Shown here piece after piece: positions 63,941 to 64,000 of a DNA stretch of 64,000 nucleotides (positions within the stretch are counted from its first letter, which is position 1; each line of letters starts with the position of its first letter). The stretch covers positions 969,712-1,033,711 of the forward strand of contig BFEA01000016.1 in NCBI GenBank assembly GCA_003427395.1, read 5' to 3'. The position numbers and the translations under genes are program-made. The notes under the pieces were generated by a model. It had not been told where the DNA came from and searched no databases. It was given only the letters and a program-made list of their open reading frames with translations. Source of the stretch: Chara braunii (taxonomy: Eukaryota; Plantae; Charophyceae).

Positions 63941-64000
63941 GGGTTGTCAGGCGGGGGCCCCCGGGGGCAAAGCCGGGGTAGGGGTTCGACCCCCGGACCC

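Overview
Eukaryotic heterochromatin-like DNA made almost entirely of nested transposons, with three assembly gaps and no recognisable host gene. A plant or streptophyte origin is suggested by a plant-type tRNA-Asp primer-binding site; the Gag motifs look charophyte/bryophyte-like (inference). (1) A minus-strand, pol-less Ty3/Gypsy-type family with very long terminal repeats occurs as two elements (E1, <1-17386, gag only; E2, 50160->63940, no gag) plus two further LTR copies (17389-21377 and 23945-30513). (2) A ~17.7 kb plus-strand Ty3/Gypsy element (30514-48187) has a decayed gag-pol and ~7 kb of extra ORFs upstream of gag. (3) Smaller insertions are a 5'-truncated L1-like LINE, three non-autonomous DNA transposons, a group II intron maturase fragment and a 98-bp minisatellite. 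The most unusual signal is an array of short hairpins in every LTR of the minus-strand family (9-13 units when complete). The stems differ from unit to unit but stay paired, while the loop is constant. That loop is switched array-wide between subfamilies (CATTCAACTTAGAAACAATG versus CGCCCTAACCCTAGGGTAC), and the array lies inside a predicted leader intron. Both retrotransposon families also share an unrecognised, paralog-expanded accessory protein family upstream of gag (and probably a second), partly arranged with stop/start coupling. Functional interpretations are hypotheses; nothing was computed or searched.
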